A stretch of 64,000 nucleotides of DNA from Octopus bimaculoides (lineage: Eukaryota), in contig NC_069001.1 of the NCBI RefSeq assembly GCF_001194135.2, positions 4,900,996 to 4,964,995 on the forward strand, written 5' to 3'. The stretch's first letter is position 1. Each line of letters opens with the position of its first letter. Made by a program: the position numbers and the translations under genes. Shown in pieces: positions 31,928 to 44,644 of this stretch. The notes beneath the pieces are model-generated. The model saw only the letters and a list, made by a program, of their open reading frames with translations. It had not been told where the DNA came from and did no database searches.

Positions 31928-32790
31928 CCCGCATATGCAGGGTGGGTGGAAAGTAACTAGGTGTAAGAAATTGCTTATAGAATTTTTACTGTCACTAAAG
32001 TCATGACAAATTCATTTTTAAGCAGACAGCACTAATGGGAATTTTGTATTTTCTTATTGTTTTATTTCTTATTCCTTATTTTCCAGATGGCCAGTCACTT
32101 GACTGTTCAAGAGCGTGCTAAGATAGCAGCACGCTATGAAGTGTGAGATTCCATAGTTTTGGTTCAGAGATGGTGGCATGCATTGAGAGGTAAGCATGCG
32201 ACACTACGCCAGAAGGCAATGAAAAGTTGTTATGCAAAGCTGATGGCCGTGGGCTCTGTGAACGATGCAAGAAAAAGTGACTGTCCAACCACATCCCGAA
32301 TGGTGGAGAATGTGGCAACAATGCAGAAAATGTTTAATCGCAGCCTGCAAAAATCAACACGTCAACAGCTCGTAAAAGTGGTCTAAGAAGACACACAATA
32401 CGTATGGCGTTGTATAACGCGCGGAATTTTCATTCGTGGAAACCCCATTACGTGAAGGAGCTAAAACCCGAAGACTGTGACCGCAGAAGTCCGGAACTCC
32501 AAGAAGTCCAGCCCTCACTCCATGTGATTTTTACCTGTGGGGTTACACAAAAGAGGAGGTGTACAAGACAAAACCTCGCACACTGGAGGACTTGGAGACA
32601 CGGATTCATGAGGTTCTCAATGATATCCCAGATAATGTCCTTCAGAAAGGTGTTCTTCATTCTATCCGTGGCTGTTTGAAGAAAATGGTTGATGCCACCG
32701 GTGTTTACGTTGAAATATGAAGATTTACTCTTTCATTTTCCCATGAAATAAAGAACATTTATCATTTGTTTCAATAAATTTGTAAAAGGA
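31928..32790 (+). mobile_element. Internally deleted Tc3/rosa-like (DUF4817-type HTH) ITm transposon relic
   Basis: CAGGGTGGGTGGAAAGT end; MASHLTVQERAKIAARYEV...VQRWW...SVNDARKS, WKPHYVKELKPEDCDRR, then frameshifted C-terminus CDFYLWGYTKEEVYKTKPRTLEDLETRIHEVL...VDATGVYVEI*. The DDE core is missing. Confidence 0.8.
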
Positions 32791-33833
32791 ATATGGATTT
32801 TATTTCCAATTTTTAATNNNNNNNNNNNNNNNNNNNNNNNNNNNNNNNNNNNNNNNNNNNNNNNNNNNNNNNNNNNNNNNNNNNNNNNNNNNNNNNNNNN
32901 NNNNNNNNNNNNNNNNNNNNNNNNNNNNNNNNNNNNNNNNNNNNNNNNNNNNNNNNNNNNNNNNNNNNNNNNNNNNNNNNNNNNNNNNNNNNNNNNNNNN
33001 NNNNNNNNNNNNNNNNNNNNNNNNNNNNNNNNNNNNNNNNNNNNNNNNNNNNNNNNNNNNNNNNNNNNNNNNNNNNNNNNNNNNNNNNNNNNNNNNNNNN
33101 NNNNNNNNNNNNNNNNNNNNNNNNNNNNNNNNNNNAACCTTCGACCCACACAATTTAAATTTAATTAAACAACAATATAACTATATCTGTACATTTCTTT
33201 TTAAAAAGTAATTGAAGAGTTGGCAGTATCGGTAGAGCACCAGACTGAACGATATGTGTTGTTTAGTGACGCCTCCTTCTGTTCAGAGTACAATTCCCGA
33301 CTGGCGTCCTTAAAGATAACGAATATTTCATCTCTTAACCCTTTACCCTCAAAAATATGAAGCTATCTGTCAATGTCAAAAATCACTACTACTACTACTA
33401 CTAATTGGTTCTCCGTCTGTTACGACGACGAGTGTGCCAGTTGATTCGATCAATAGAACGACCTGCTCTTGAAATTAACATGCAAGTGGCTGAGCACTCC
33501 ACGGACACGCATAACCTTTAACGTAGTTGTTAGGGAGATTCACCGTGACACAGGGTGTGACAAGGCTCGCTCCTTTGGTTTGTAGGTGCAATGCGTTTTC
33601 GCTAGCTGAGTGGACTGGAGCAATGGAGAAATAAAGTGTCTTGCACAAGGACACAACAGCGCGCCACCGGGTATCGAACTGTCGACCATACGTTCATGAG
33701 TCGAATACCCTGACCACTAAGCCTCGAACCTTTACTACTACTACTACTACTACTACTACTCCGTCTATTATTACCTTTGTCCTCAACAGCATTACTACTG
33801 CTACTACTACAGTTGCTGCAGCTACTACTACTA

Positions 33834-33864
<31 letters not shown>

Positions 33865-34338
33865 CAGAGCTGAAAAAAATCGTTAGCATATTGGACAAGA
33901 TGCTTGGCGGCATTTCTTCCTTCCGCCTCCTTATGTTTGTGTTCAAATTCCGCTGAGGTTTAATTTACCTTTCGTCCTCCTAGAAATATAATTACCGGCC
34001 AAGTACTGTGTTTGATGGTATCAGCTAATATACCCCTCCCCACTTTCGCCTCAATTGCTAGCCGTCTGTTCGTTTTTTTCTTTCCTTGTTTCTGTATACA
34101 TTCGCTGCTTTCTTCCAAGGAATCTAATGCTCTTAGCTTAGTTTTTCCTTGGGGCTGGCCAGATTGGAGCAATATTGAGAATAACCAGCCGAAATTGTAA
34201 GGATAATCTGGATCTTGACTGAAGAAAGAAAATTCCGAATGACCTGTCCGTGTTTTCTTTGTATCGTCTATCTGGATGTTTTGTCCCTTTCTTGTATCAC
34301 CTAACTGCCTTGATGTTTTGCGTTCTTGTCCCATTCTG

Positions 34339-34378
<40 letters not shown>

Positions 34379-34530
34379 CATGGGGTGTTTAGTTCACTGA
34401 TCTCAACCAATAGGTAAGCTGCGTAAGTGCTATAATTGGTCATCCTTTAGGCTCCAAGTTCTCAGCTGAGGCTGGCGCTAGGAATCTGTAATAGGCTCTT
34501 GAGTCAGTGGGTGTATATTAAAGGAAGATG

Positions 34531-34992
34531 AACAACAAAATCAAGACAGGAGGAGCCTCTCAGGTCATTTAGAGTATTTAATTAAAGTAAGGTGAATCAA
34601 AAGGAGAAGTAGAAGTAATTAATGTCTTACAGCTGTTTCTGAGATATCGCAGGTAATGGGTCAACACCCTCATACACTGAGCATTCCGTTATTAGAGACA
34701 AGGTGTGTATGCAGGAAAGTTCCAGAAAGATAATTCACCGTACATAGAAGAATATATAAATACTGTTTTATTCTTCTATCTACAATGAGTTCTCTGTCTG
34801 GAACTTCCCTGTATACACACCTTGTCTCTGATGATGGAATACCCAGTGTATGAGGGTGTCGAACCATTACCTGGGATATTCCAGAAACAGCTGTAAGGCA
34901 TTAATTACTTATACTTCTGCTTTTGATTTGTCCTGCTCTAATTAAATATTCTAAATGACCTGAGACGCTCCTCCTGCCTTGGTTTTGTTTTC
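34531..34992. mobile_element. Fold-back MITE, about 220-bp inverted arms with a very short spacer
   Basis: The left arm aligns end to end with the reverse complement of the right arm, with scattered mismatches. Confidence 0.85.
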
Positions 34993-35018
34993 CTTTACCT
35001 TTAATACGTATATATATA

Positions 35019-35790
35019 CGAGGGGCTACCCCAAAGAAACTGGAATTTTGCAATCGCCTTCAAAGTGTTCTCCATTTGAAGCAATGCATCGGTCCAGGTG
35101 CGTTTTCCATTATCCGAAGCGGTCCTGGAACTCTTGTGAAGTGATTCCTTTTAACGCCTCCATCATTTTTTTCAACATCTTCCACATCTTCAAATTCCGT
35201 AGCTCCAGCTTTCTTCACCAGTGATGACCTTTGAAAAAAGGTCCGGATCAACTTCCAACTTTTCTTTGAGTTCGTGACACGCATTCAGTCGTGACTGCTT
35301 TTGATCTTCCGGAAGCAATCGACACACACATTTTGCTGCAAACTTTTTTTTCATTCGCAATTCCTCCTCACTCAAAATTTGTTGCCAGGAGCTCCAGGAC
35401 TCACCAATCATATCAAAAAGCTCGTCAATTATTTGGTGGCTGTCCTTCAAGATCAGTTCATGAATTTTCATGATGTTTTCATTCATTCGGGAAGTTGACG
35501 GTCGTTCGGAACGAAGTTGATCTTCAAGGTGTTTGAAGCTTGTCAACTGTTTCCACCGCCGTTTAGAAGCACGCTGTTCCTTCATTTCAGCCATTACAAA
35601 AATTGATAAACAGACGAGAAGCACTACAAAACAAAGACGCACCATGTTGCAATACAGCCTAAGCCAACGCCGCTGGTTGGCAGACTGATGCCTGAGGGTC
35701 GCATCAAGTGGCTTCTAGAGGCGGAAGCCTGAACTAAAACGGGTTTGCCCTGCAGCGAACGCTTCCAGTTATTTTGGAGGTACCCCTTCG
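35019..35790 (-). mobile_element. Internally deleted mariner element with both TIRs and TA flanks
   Basis: TA|CGAGGGGCTACCCCAAAGAAACTGGAA ... TTCCAGTTATTTTGGAGGTACCCCTTCG|TA. Minus strand encodes SERPSTSRMNENIMKIHELILKD...LPEDQKQSRLNACHELKE...FSKVITGEESW. Confidence 0.88.
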
Positions 35791-35799
35791 TATATATGA

Positions 35800-35846
<47 letters not shown>

Positions 35847-35849
35847 TGT

Positions 35850-35887
<38 letters not shown>

Positions 35888-36825
35888 TCTTTTATTCTTT
35901 TACTGGTTTGAGTGTCCCCTCGTATATATATTCTTTTATTCTTTTACTTGTTTTAGAAATTTTGACAGTAGCCGTGCTGGAACACCGCCTTCAAGGGTTT
36001 AGTCGAATGAATCGGCCCTAGAATCATGAAGCTACAAAGATGTAAACAAACCGTCACCAGTTGTCAAAGTAGTGGTGAGGGACAAACATAAGCAGAAAGA
36101 CACACACACACACACACACATAATATGATGAGGCTTCTTTCGTTTTCCATCTACCGAATGCATTGACAAGGCAGTGATTGATCCGGGGCCATTGTAAAAG
36201 ATACTTGCTCAAGGTGCCGTGCAGCAGGACTGAACCTAAGACCTCGTAGTTGGGAAACAAACTTCTTAACCACACAGCCATCTATTCATCTATTAGTCTT
36301 TCTCTTCTCATACTTATTCGTACTTTGCTTTAAATATATATCGATATAATACTACTAATTTAGTATTAGATAAGTAAAAGAATGATTTGCAGGGACGCCT
36401 TCTGCAGGAGAAATAAACCGATTCAGGCTAATGCAAAGTTAATGCCCTTGGATAATTCTTCCGTCCAGTTATTATCGTTATTAGTAGTCTCTCACACAAA
36501 ATCAATATATACGAATCAATTTTATCGGATCTGACAGATATTGATACGGGTGTTTCACTGATGAGGGATAATAAGACCGAAACGTGTCCCTGTTTTATGT
36601 TAAAGCACAGATTTACTCATATTTGATAATTCTTTCTTTCTTTTTTTTTTCGAATTTCGAAGTTATGTCCCTTGTTTCTTCTTCTTCTTATTATTATTAT
36701 AAGGGAAAAGGAAGAGACCCCGTAAGACCTTTGACAACAGGTTGCTGTACGCTCTTACAGACTAACCTAAGTACAATCGAGAGTGCAGGGAAGTACAATG
36801 GAAATGATGATGACGATGATAATAA

Positions 36826-36866
<41 letters not shown>

Positions 36867-36948
36867 TTCTACTCTTTTAATTGTTTCAGTCATTTGNNNN
36901 NNNNNNNNNNNNNNNNNNNNNNNNNNNNNNNNNNNNNNNNNNNNNNNN

Positions 36949-36980
<32 letters not shown>

Positions 36981-37830
36981 GACGGGCTTCTTTCAGTTTC
37001 CATCTACCAAATCCACTCACAAGGCTTTGATCGGCTCGAGGCTATAGAAGAAGACATTGCCCAAGATGCCACGCAGTAGGACTGAACCCAGAACCACGTG
37101 GTTTGTAAGCAAGCTACTTACCACACAGCCACTCCTACGCCTAATGATAATAATAATAATAATTCTCTGATATAGATCCAGGAACTGGCTCTTATGGTTT
37201 CTGATCTTAACTGATTGGAAGTGTTATCATGTACATTGTTATGTTTTGGTATAAAAGATGGGCTACAGCAAATGTTCTGCTCAATACCACAGATTTGATT
37301 GTCAGTTATTTGACCTTAACCATTTGAGCATGTCCTTTATTGGCTGACGATATGTGCATCTCTGATCACGAGCGAGATGGGCTACTCGACCTGAAGAAAA
37401 TTCTAACTGGCCCCCACCTACAAGGCCATACGCTGTTTATCTTGATATGAGATCACCAAATCGCGTGCATATTGTGATGCATGTGCCTGGTATACCCCTA
37501 TCAGACGGGTGGACCTGATAGGCATACTGGGCTTCGTTATTTGTACCCTAGTATCACTTTGATGGCATGCACTGCTGTCGCACTCAATAATAATAATAAC
37601 GATGAAATCTTGGAAATAACTAATTTTTAAAAATATCTTAAATTTGAAAAGTGGTTATTATAAAGGACTTTGAATTGAAATAAATTATTGAACAAACTTC
37701 GGTGTTTTTGTGGTGTTACCTTTTTATTAATTTTTTTTTTTAGGGACAGGAGTTTACAAAAGGACCAGAAGAATCAGAGCATATATTGATATAAGCAGTC
37801 TTTGGGCTGTTCCATTGTTATATGATGTAC

Positions 37831-37932
37831 CTTTGCTAGTTGTGCTATATAATGGCTTCTTAGTAACATGTGGCGTCGATCTGTTAAAGTCTGGACTGTC
37901 GGATGACAACGTTGAGATGACGGTCGTAAAAT
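37831..37932 (-). CDS. Symmetric (phase 1-1) Ser/Thr-rich mucin exon, 102 nt
   Basis: atttattactgcag|AT TTT ACG...AGC AAA G|gtacat; encodes FTTVISTLSSDSPDFNRSTPHVTKKPLYSTTSK, with an NRS sequon. Confidence 0.65.
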
Positions 37933-38316
37933 CTGCAGTAATAAATTAAAAAAAATATATATATGTATATACATATGTATACATGTATATATATATATTC
38001 ACACATGTGTATGTGTCTGCACGGACGGTTATGTGGAGTTCGTAGGTATATAATGAACTACATGTCTCTATACATTCATGCGCGTGTGTCGTTTTGTATA
38101 AGTATTTTGATAAAGTAATGGGAGACACTAACAATACGCACGTCACATTTATGTCCCATATACTGCCACTAACATCAAATAACAGCCTTGTTCTGATTGA
38201 ATGTAGCAACACCAATAAATAAGAAATGTGATTGTTGATCGTAGCATTTCTCCCAAGAAACTCGCTCATGTAAAATATGTACATACATATAGATGTATAC
38301 ACATGTTCGTCTACCG

Positions 38317-39030
38317 CAGGGGTTCTTAACTATTTTTTTTTATCTATGGACCCCTTTGATAACTATTTTAGGATCTTTTTTAAAACGGAGGCCACATTTT
38401 TCATTAACGAAACACTTTGAAACTGGGAACACTGGTAGAATGTGTCATATAAAACATGTTTTTCTCTTAGACTTCTTTAAAAAAAAAGAAATCCATAAAT
38501 TATTCCATGTTAAAGTTGTCGTATTTCTGTAATTTCAACCAATCACTGACGTCCATTCAGCCGATATACATTAAGTGCCGACTACATAAACAAACGATTC
38601 TGAAACAATTAACCCTAACCCTAACCCTAACTCTAACCCTAGGGTTAGGGTTAAGGTTAGGGTTAGGGTTAAAGCAAATTTAAAATGAAAAAAGCAAATA
38701 AAACGAAGAATCGTTTGTTTATGTAGTCGGCACTTAATGTATATCGGCTGAATGGACGTCAGTGATTGGTTGAAATTATCGAAATAAGACAATTTTTTAC
38801 ATGAAATAAATTCGAATACAAAAATATTTTTCTGTTCTATAACACAAGATAGATAAGTATACGAAGTTTGAAAGTCTTTCGGTACCAAAAGCACTACGTA
38901 AAACATTAATGGAAAATGGGGCCCCCGTTTTAAAAAAGATCCCTATTTTATTCTGTTGGACCCCCATAGCCATTCAATGTTTAAAAACTAGCTTTATATA
39001 TTCTTCTTTCAAAATTCCTGTTTTATTTTT
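38317..39030. mobile_element. hAT-like MITE (CAGGGGTTCT end) interrupted by the 38371-38942 element
   Basis: CAGGGGTTCTTAACTATTTTTTTTATCTATGGACCCC is the reverse complement of the right end of the 63404-63725 element; its sequence resumes after the insertion. Confidence 0.7.
38371..38942. mobile_element. 572-bp non-autonomous TIR element with 8-bp TSD and an internal telomeric palindrome
   Basis: Ends GGATCTTTTTTAAAACGG... and ...CCGTTTTAAAAAAGATCC; CTATTTTA at 38363-38370 and 38943-38950; inner inverted arms about 38513-38600 and 38707-38795; (TAACCC)n|(GGGTTA)n core at 38609-38672. Confidence 0.88.
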
Positions 39031-39224
39031 CGCACATTTACTTGTGTAGAGAGAATACTCAATATATACTAACACACACTTTTGCCATTTTAGTTTCTCT
39101 ATTAACCGTCCTCGCGACTCCCTTCGTATCAACGACGGGCACCGCGAACTATACGATGTAAATCCCGAGTTACTCGTGGTCGGTGAACTTCTAATAAACA
39201 TGCGAAGGTGATTTATCAATTCAA

Positions 39225-39730
39225 AAATCGATACTCACGAAATAATCATGCTTTCTGATTTTTTAATGCTAAAAACCTTCCTGACGACTGTCTATGTAAT
39301 CCCGAAAAATATCGTAACCACTGGTCGAGCCGTCTGGCCGTAAAGAGGGAACAGACAGACGGACATAACGCCCATTATAATAAGATAGCAAATCTGCCCA
39401 TCGACGGTGGGAAATAAAGGGATAGCATCGCAATTCTAAACCCTCTAAATTCACGAAGTATACGGTGGGGTGGGGATATCCAGAGTTGATCTGCGTTGCA
39501 GGAATTTTAACAGAAACAAAAAAAAGATTAAAGGTAATTTATTAATACAAAACTCAATATCCACTAAATAATCATATTTTTTCTCATTTTTTTCGCTAAA
39601 AACCTTCCTGATTAGCATCTCCCTAGTCCCGAAGAGCATCGTGGCCATTGGTCCAGCCGTTTGATCGTGAAGAGGGAACAGACAGGCAAGCATACGAACA
39701 GACGGACATAACACACATTATAATAAGATT
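39225..39730 (+). mobile_element. Two tandem copies of a non-autonomous Helitron/Helentron-like repeat
   Basis: Both contain GCTAAAAACCTTCCTGA...AGCCGT...GAGGGAACAGACAG...ACGGACATAAC...ATTATAATAAGAT; classification from remembered signatures only. Confidence 0.5.
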
Positions 39731-40178
39731 CCATCTCCCCTAAGTTGGTTACTGCCGCTGGGTCCGGCAGAAGAAGCCCGCTTATTTTGCAAATAACTAA
39801 CATACGTCACGGTCATACAACCATCCACCGTACAGGAACGAAGTTCGCTTAGGGAGTGCAAAACCAGATCCAAAATTTTTATGAACAAATTCGATATTTT
39901 AAGATCTTAATAACAAAACAAGACCAGGTATAATAGTAATAATAATAATTATCATATTTGTACAACAATCAAATCAGATAAATTCAATAACGGAAAAGTA
40001 ATGTGTGTGTGTGTGTGTGGCCTGTGTGTTTTCTGTGCTCTATTTATGTTCTGTTTCTCATTTTGTCCACGTTTTTTTGTAACGTCCTGTACCCAGATAT
40101 GCATCTATATATACATGTAGATGTAGGTATGTACACACATGCACGTATATATGCATATACTCACATATTATTTGTATT

Positions 40179-40254
<76 letters not shown>

Positions 40255-43221
40255 ATTTATCAAATCTGACCCTGAGGAGATACAATATTCCATATTTTAT
40301 AACATACAGNNNNNNNNNNNNNNNNNNNNNNNNNNNNNNNNNNNNNNNNNNNNNNNNNNNNNNNNNNNNNNNNNNNNNNNNNNNNNNNNNNNNNNNNNNN
40401 NNNNNNNNNNNNNNNNNNNNNNNNNNNNNNNNNNNNNNNNNNNNNNNNNNNNNNNNNNNNNNNNNNNNNNNNNNNNNNNNNNNNNNNNNNNNNNNNNNNN
40501 NNNNNNNNNNNNNNNNNNNNNNNNNNNNNNNNNNNNNNNNNNNNNNNNNNNNNNNNNNNNNNNNNNNNNNNNNNNNNNNNNNNNNNNNNNNNNNNNNNNN
40601 NNNNNNNNNNNNNNNNNNNNNNNNNNNNNNNNNNNNNNNNNNNNNNNNNNNNNNNNNNNNNNNNNNNNNNNNNNNNNNNNNNNNNNNNNNNNNNNNNNNN
40701 NNNNNNNNNNNNNNNNNNNNNNNNNNNNNNNNNNNNNNNNNNNNNNNNNNNNNNNNNNNNNNNNNNNNNNNNNNNNNNNNNNNNNNNNNNNNNNNNNNNN
40801 NNNNNNNNNNNNNNNNNNNNNNNNNNNNNNNNNNNNNNNNNNNNNNNNNNNNNNNNNNNNNNNNNNNNNNNNNNNNNNNNNNNNNNNNNNNNNNNNNNNN
40901 NNNNNNNNNNNNNNNNNNNNNNNNNNNNNNNNNNNNNNNNNNNNNNNNNNNNNNNNNNNNNNNNNNNNNNNNNNNNNNNNNNNNNNNNNNNNNNNNNNNN
41001 NNNNNNNNNNNNNNNNNNNNNNNNNNNNNNTATATATATATATATATTTCTGATCATCATCATCATCATTTAACGTCCGTTGTCCATGCCGACATGGGTT
41101 GGACGGTTTGACCAGGGATGGTAAGCTGGAAGGCTGCACCAGGTTCCATACTGATTTGGCATGATTTCTATAGCCGGGTGCCTTTCCTAACGCCAACCAT
41201 TCTCAGAGTGTGATGGGTCCTTTTACGTGCCATTTGTGTGACACACATACACGTGTGCACTGACGTGCACGCAGATACACACACACACTCAATCACGCAC
41301 ACATACATGCACACACACGTACACGTGCGCACGCGGGCACACACACACACATACACACACGCACTCTCTCATACACATACACATACATGAGCACACATAC
41401 ATGCACACACATATACATGCGCACACATATACATATACACACATACCTGCGCACATTTGTACACATACACATGCACACACATACACATATATGCACACAC
41501 TTGCACACACATACATGTGCGCATTCAGTCAAACGCACACACACATACACACATATGCATACACAAGACGTGCTTCTGCACAGTTTCCATCAAATCCACT
41601 CAGACGGTATTGGTTGGCCCATTGTTATAGTTTGTAGGAGGAAACACTTGCGCAATAGAATTGAACCTGAAATCACATGGCAGCAAAAAGAGCTTCTTAA
41701 CCACACAACCATTAAAACCAATGGTCAAGAAAAAGATTTTAATCACATATTTTTTTCAGGATTTGTGTTGTCTGGGTTTCAACAACCAAGGTGTCCTTCA
41801 GGATTTTCAGAACGGAAGGGTGGATTTGGTTACTGTTTCTNNNNNNNNNNNNNNNNNNNNNNNNNNNNNNNNNNNNNNNNNNNNNNNNNNNNNNNNNNNN
41901 NNNNNNNNNNNNNNNNNNNNNNNNNNNNNNNNNNNNNNNNNNNNNNNNNNNNNNNNNNNNNNNNNNNNNNNNNNNNNNNNNNNNNNNNNNNNNNNNNNNN
42001 NNNNNNNNNNNNNNNNNNNNNNNNNNNNNNNNNNNNNNNNNNNNNNNNNNNNNNNNNNNNNNNNNNNNNNNNNNNNNNNNNNNNNNNNNNNNNNNNNNNN
42101 NNNNNNNNNNNNNNNNNNNNNNNNNNNNNNNNNNNNNNNNNNNNNNNNNNNNNNNNNNNNNNNNNNNNNNNNNNNNNNNNNNNNNNNNNNNNNNNNNNNN
42201 NNNNNNNNNNNNNNNNNNNNNNNNNNNNNNNNNNNNNNNNNNNNNNNNNNNNNNNNNNNNNNNNNNNNNNNNNNNNNNNNNNNNNNNNNNNNNNNNNNNN
42301 NNNNNNNNNNNNNNNNNNNNNNNNNNNNNNNNNNNNNNNNNNNNNNNNNNNNNNNNNNNNNNNNNNNNNNNNNNNNNNNNNNNNNNNNNNNNNNNNNNNN
42401 NNNNNNNNNNNNNNNNNNNNNNNNNNNNNNNNNNNNNNNNNNNNNNNNNNNNNNNNNNNNNNNNNNNNNNNNNNNNNNNNNNNNNNNNNNNNNNNNNNNN
42501 NNNNNNNNNNNNNNNNNNNNNNNNNNNNNNNNNNNNNNNNNNNNNNNNNNNNNNNNNNNNNNNNNNNNNNNNNNNNNNNNNNNNNNNNNNNNNNNNNNNN
42601 NNNNNNNNNNNNNNNNNNNNNNNNNNNNNNNNNNNNNNNNNNNNNNNNNNNNNNNNNNNNNNNNNNNNNNNNNNNNNNNNNNNNNNNNNNNNNNNNNNNN
42701 NNNNNNNNNNNNNNNNNNNNNNNNNNNNNNNNNNNNNNNNNNNNNNNNNNNNNNNNNNNNNNNNNNNNNNNNNNNNNNNNNNNNNNNNNNNNNNNNNNNA
42801 ATAATAAATGCCCGGATGCAGTACCAGGCAGTGGCTCTCATAGCTTCTCATCTTAACTGATTGGAAGTGTTATCATGTACATTGTTATCATGTACGTCAG
42901 ATTGATCTCCGATAAAAGTTTCTGGTGTGCAGAAATCTTTGGGGTTTGAATAATTCACCTCTGGAAGCATGGCTGTTTCGTTCATCATCCTTAAACAAGC
43001 CGTATTCAGGGGCCTTTTGAATAGGATGAGCCACTCCAACTGAAGATAATTCTAACTGGGCCTCACCTGCAAGGTCATGCACTATTTACGTTGATATACG
43101 ACCACCATGTCGCGCACATATGGTTGTGATGCATGTGCCTGGTGTACCCTTATCAGACGGGTAGTCATGATGGGTATACTGGGCTTTGTTTATTTGTATC
43201 CCAGTGTCACTTTCATCTCAT

Positions 43222-43390
43222 GCAATGCTTCCGCACTTCCTATCATAGTAGGTGCCTTAGGTATAATAAAAAAATATTCAGACAAATACATAACAAAAAC
43301 ACCAGGACTTACAAATATATATAACATACAGAAAATTGCACTACTGGGCACTGCACACATCCTATGCAAAATACTTTCAATACAGTAACC
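43222..43390 (+). mobile_element. 3' fragment of an RLE-type non-LTR retrotransposon (R4/Dong-like)
   Basis: Encodes PIIVGALGIIKK...IQKIALLGTAHILCKILSIQ*. Confidence 0.75.
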
Positions 43391-43604
43391 ATAAGAACAT
43401 CACAGCAAACCACAGCACATACCCAAGGCGCACAGAGCTGCGCTCAGTAGTGAAGTGAAAGCTCGTTATAAAAATAAAACTACTGAACAATAATAATAAT
43501 AATAATAAATTAAGTACCAGCTGTGCACTGGGGATCGATCTAATTGCCTGTCCCCTCCCTCAAAATTTCAGGCCTTGTGTTTAGAGTAGAAAAGATTATC
43601 TTAC

Positions 43605-43859
43605 TTGGAGTGTCTGTGCTGTGATGGCTTGGTCCTGTTGTTGTCTCTTGAGCTGGAGACTGTGTGTTGTGAGCAGTTTGTGTAGTGTGTCTACCAGATG
43701 AAGTTGTGTCATGAGACTGGCTGCTGGTTTTTACGTCTGTGCTCTGTGAACTATGATCTGTGACGATGGTTGTTTTGTCTGTTGTTAATTTCCTGGTATG
43801 TTGGCTTCCGGTGGATGTTACTTCAGACGACTTGTGCACGTGGACTTTTGTGATTCTTG
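43605..43859 (-). CDS. Symmetric (phase 1-1) Thr/Ser/His-rich mucin exon, 255 nt
   Basis: T-run...aaaactag|CA AGA ATC...ACT CCA A|gtaaga; encodes RITKVHVHKSSEVTSTGSQHT...TTGPSHHSTDTP, similar in composition to the terminal-exon stalks. Confidence 0.8.
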
Positions 43860-44225
43860 CTAGTTTTTGTAAAAAAAAAAAAAAAAAAATAATGATGAGT
43901 GAAAATTTTGTCAATATAGTTATAACAGTGAAAAACTTACGCTTATATAACCAAAATAAATATCTAAATAAATGAGTGAACATTTTTCGCATTATCAAGG
44001 AAATATTTTGTTGCATGCTGGGAGTGTCATTAGGCCAATAATAAACATATGCACAAGCTCCTTTCACTTTTATCATCATTATTATTATTGTTATTATTAT
44101 CATTATCATAACTGTTATAATTTGTTATTATTATTGTTGTTGTTATTATTATTATTATTATTATTATTTTCATTATTATTATTATTGTTATCATTGTTAT
44201 TATTATTGCTGTTGTTGTTATTATT

Positions 44226-44278
<53 letters not shown>

Positions 44279-44298
44279 TATTATTATTATTATTATTA

Positions 44299-44644
44299 TT
44301 TTATGTTTGACTTTTGTTTTGCATTTGTACAAGTTGGATCCAAGTCTCACCCAGAGACCTCAAGAGACAACAAGTTAGAAGTTCATGTAGGTGTTATGCC
44401 TAGGGTACCATATATTTGGATTTGTACAGTTTTGTTCAAGTGAATGTTTAAGAAACCATATTATTATTATTATTATTATCATCCTTGTCATAATAATAAT
44501 AATAATGATAATGATAATAATAATAGTAATAATAATAATAATAATAATGATAATAATAATAATAATAACTTGTTGTCTCTTGAGGTCTCTGGGTGAGACT
44601 TGGATCCAACTTGTACAAATGCAAAACAAAAGTCAAACATAAAA
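44299..44644. repeat. 79-bp exact inverted duplication with a 188-bp spacer, embedded in (ATT)n/(AAT)n
   Basis: 44299-44377 is the reverse complement of 44566-44644. Confidence 0.93.

Noticed and set aside
33960-34334. 124-aa minus-strand ORF MGQERKTS...
   Set aside because: No recognisable family, TM segment or mucin composition; ends inside a SINE.
36617-36744. Possible terminal exon ending ...RKNYQI* for module B
   Set aside because: The hydrophobic stretch is only about 12 aa and comes from (ATA)n(AGA)n repeats; weak acceptor and no FDxxSF motif.
38165-38270. Possible third signal exon MSEFLGRNATINNHISYLLVLLHSI... before the 37932 exon
   Set aside because: Short hydrophobic core, weak donor (gtatat), no LALVC similarity; cannot be fully excluded.
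38609-38672. Telomere fusion scar
   Set aside because: The orientation is (CCCTAA)n(TTAGGG)n, opposite to a fusion signature, and it lies inside a TSD-flanked element.
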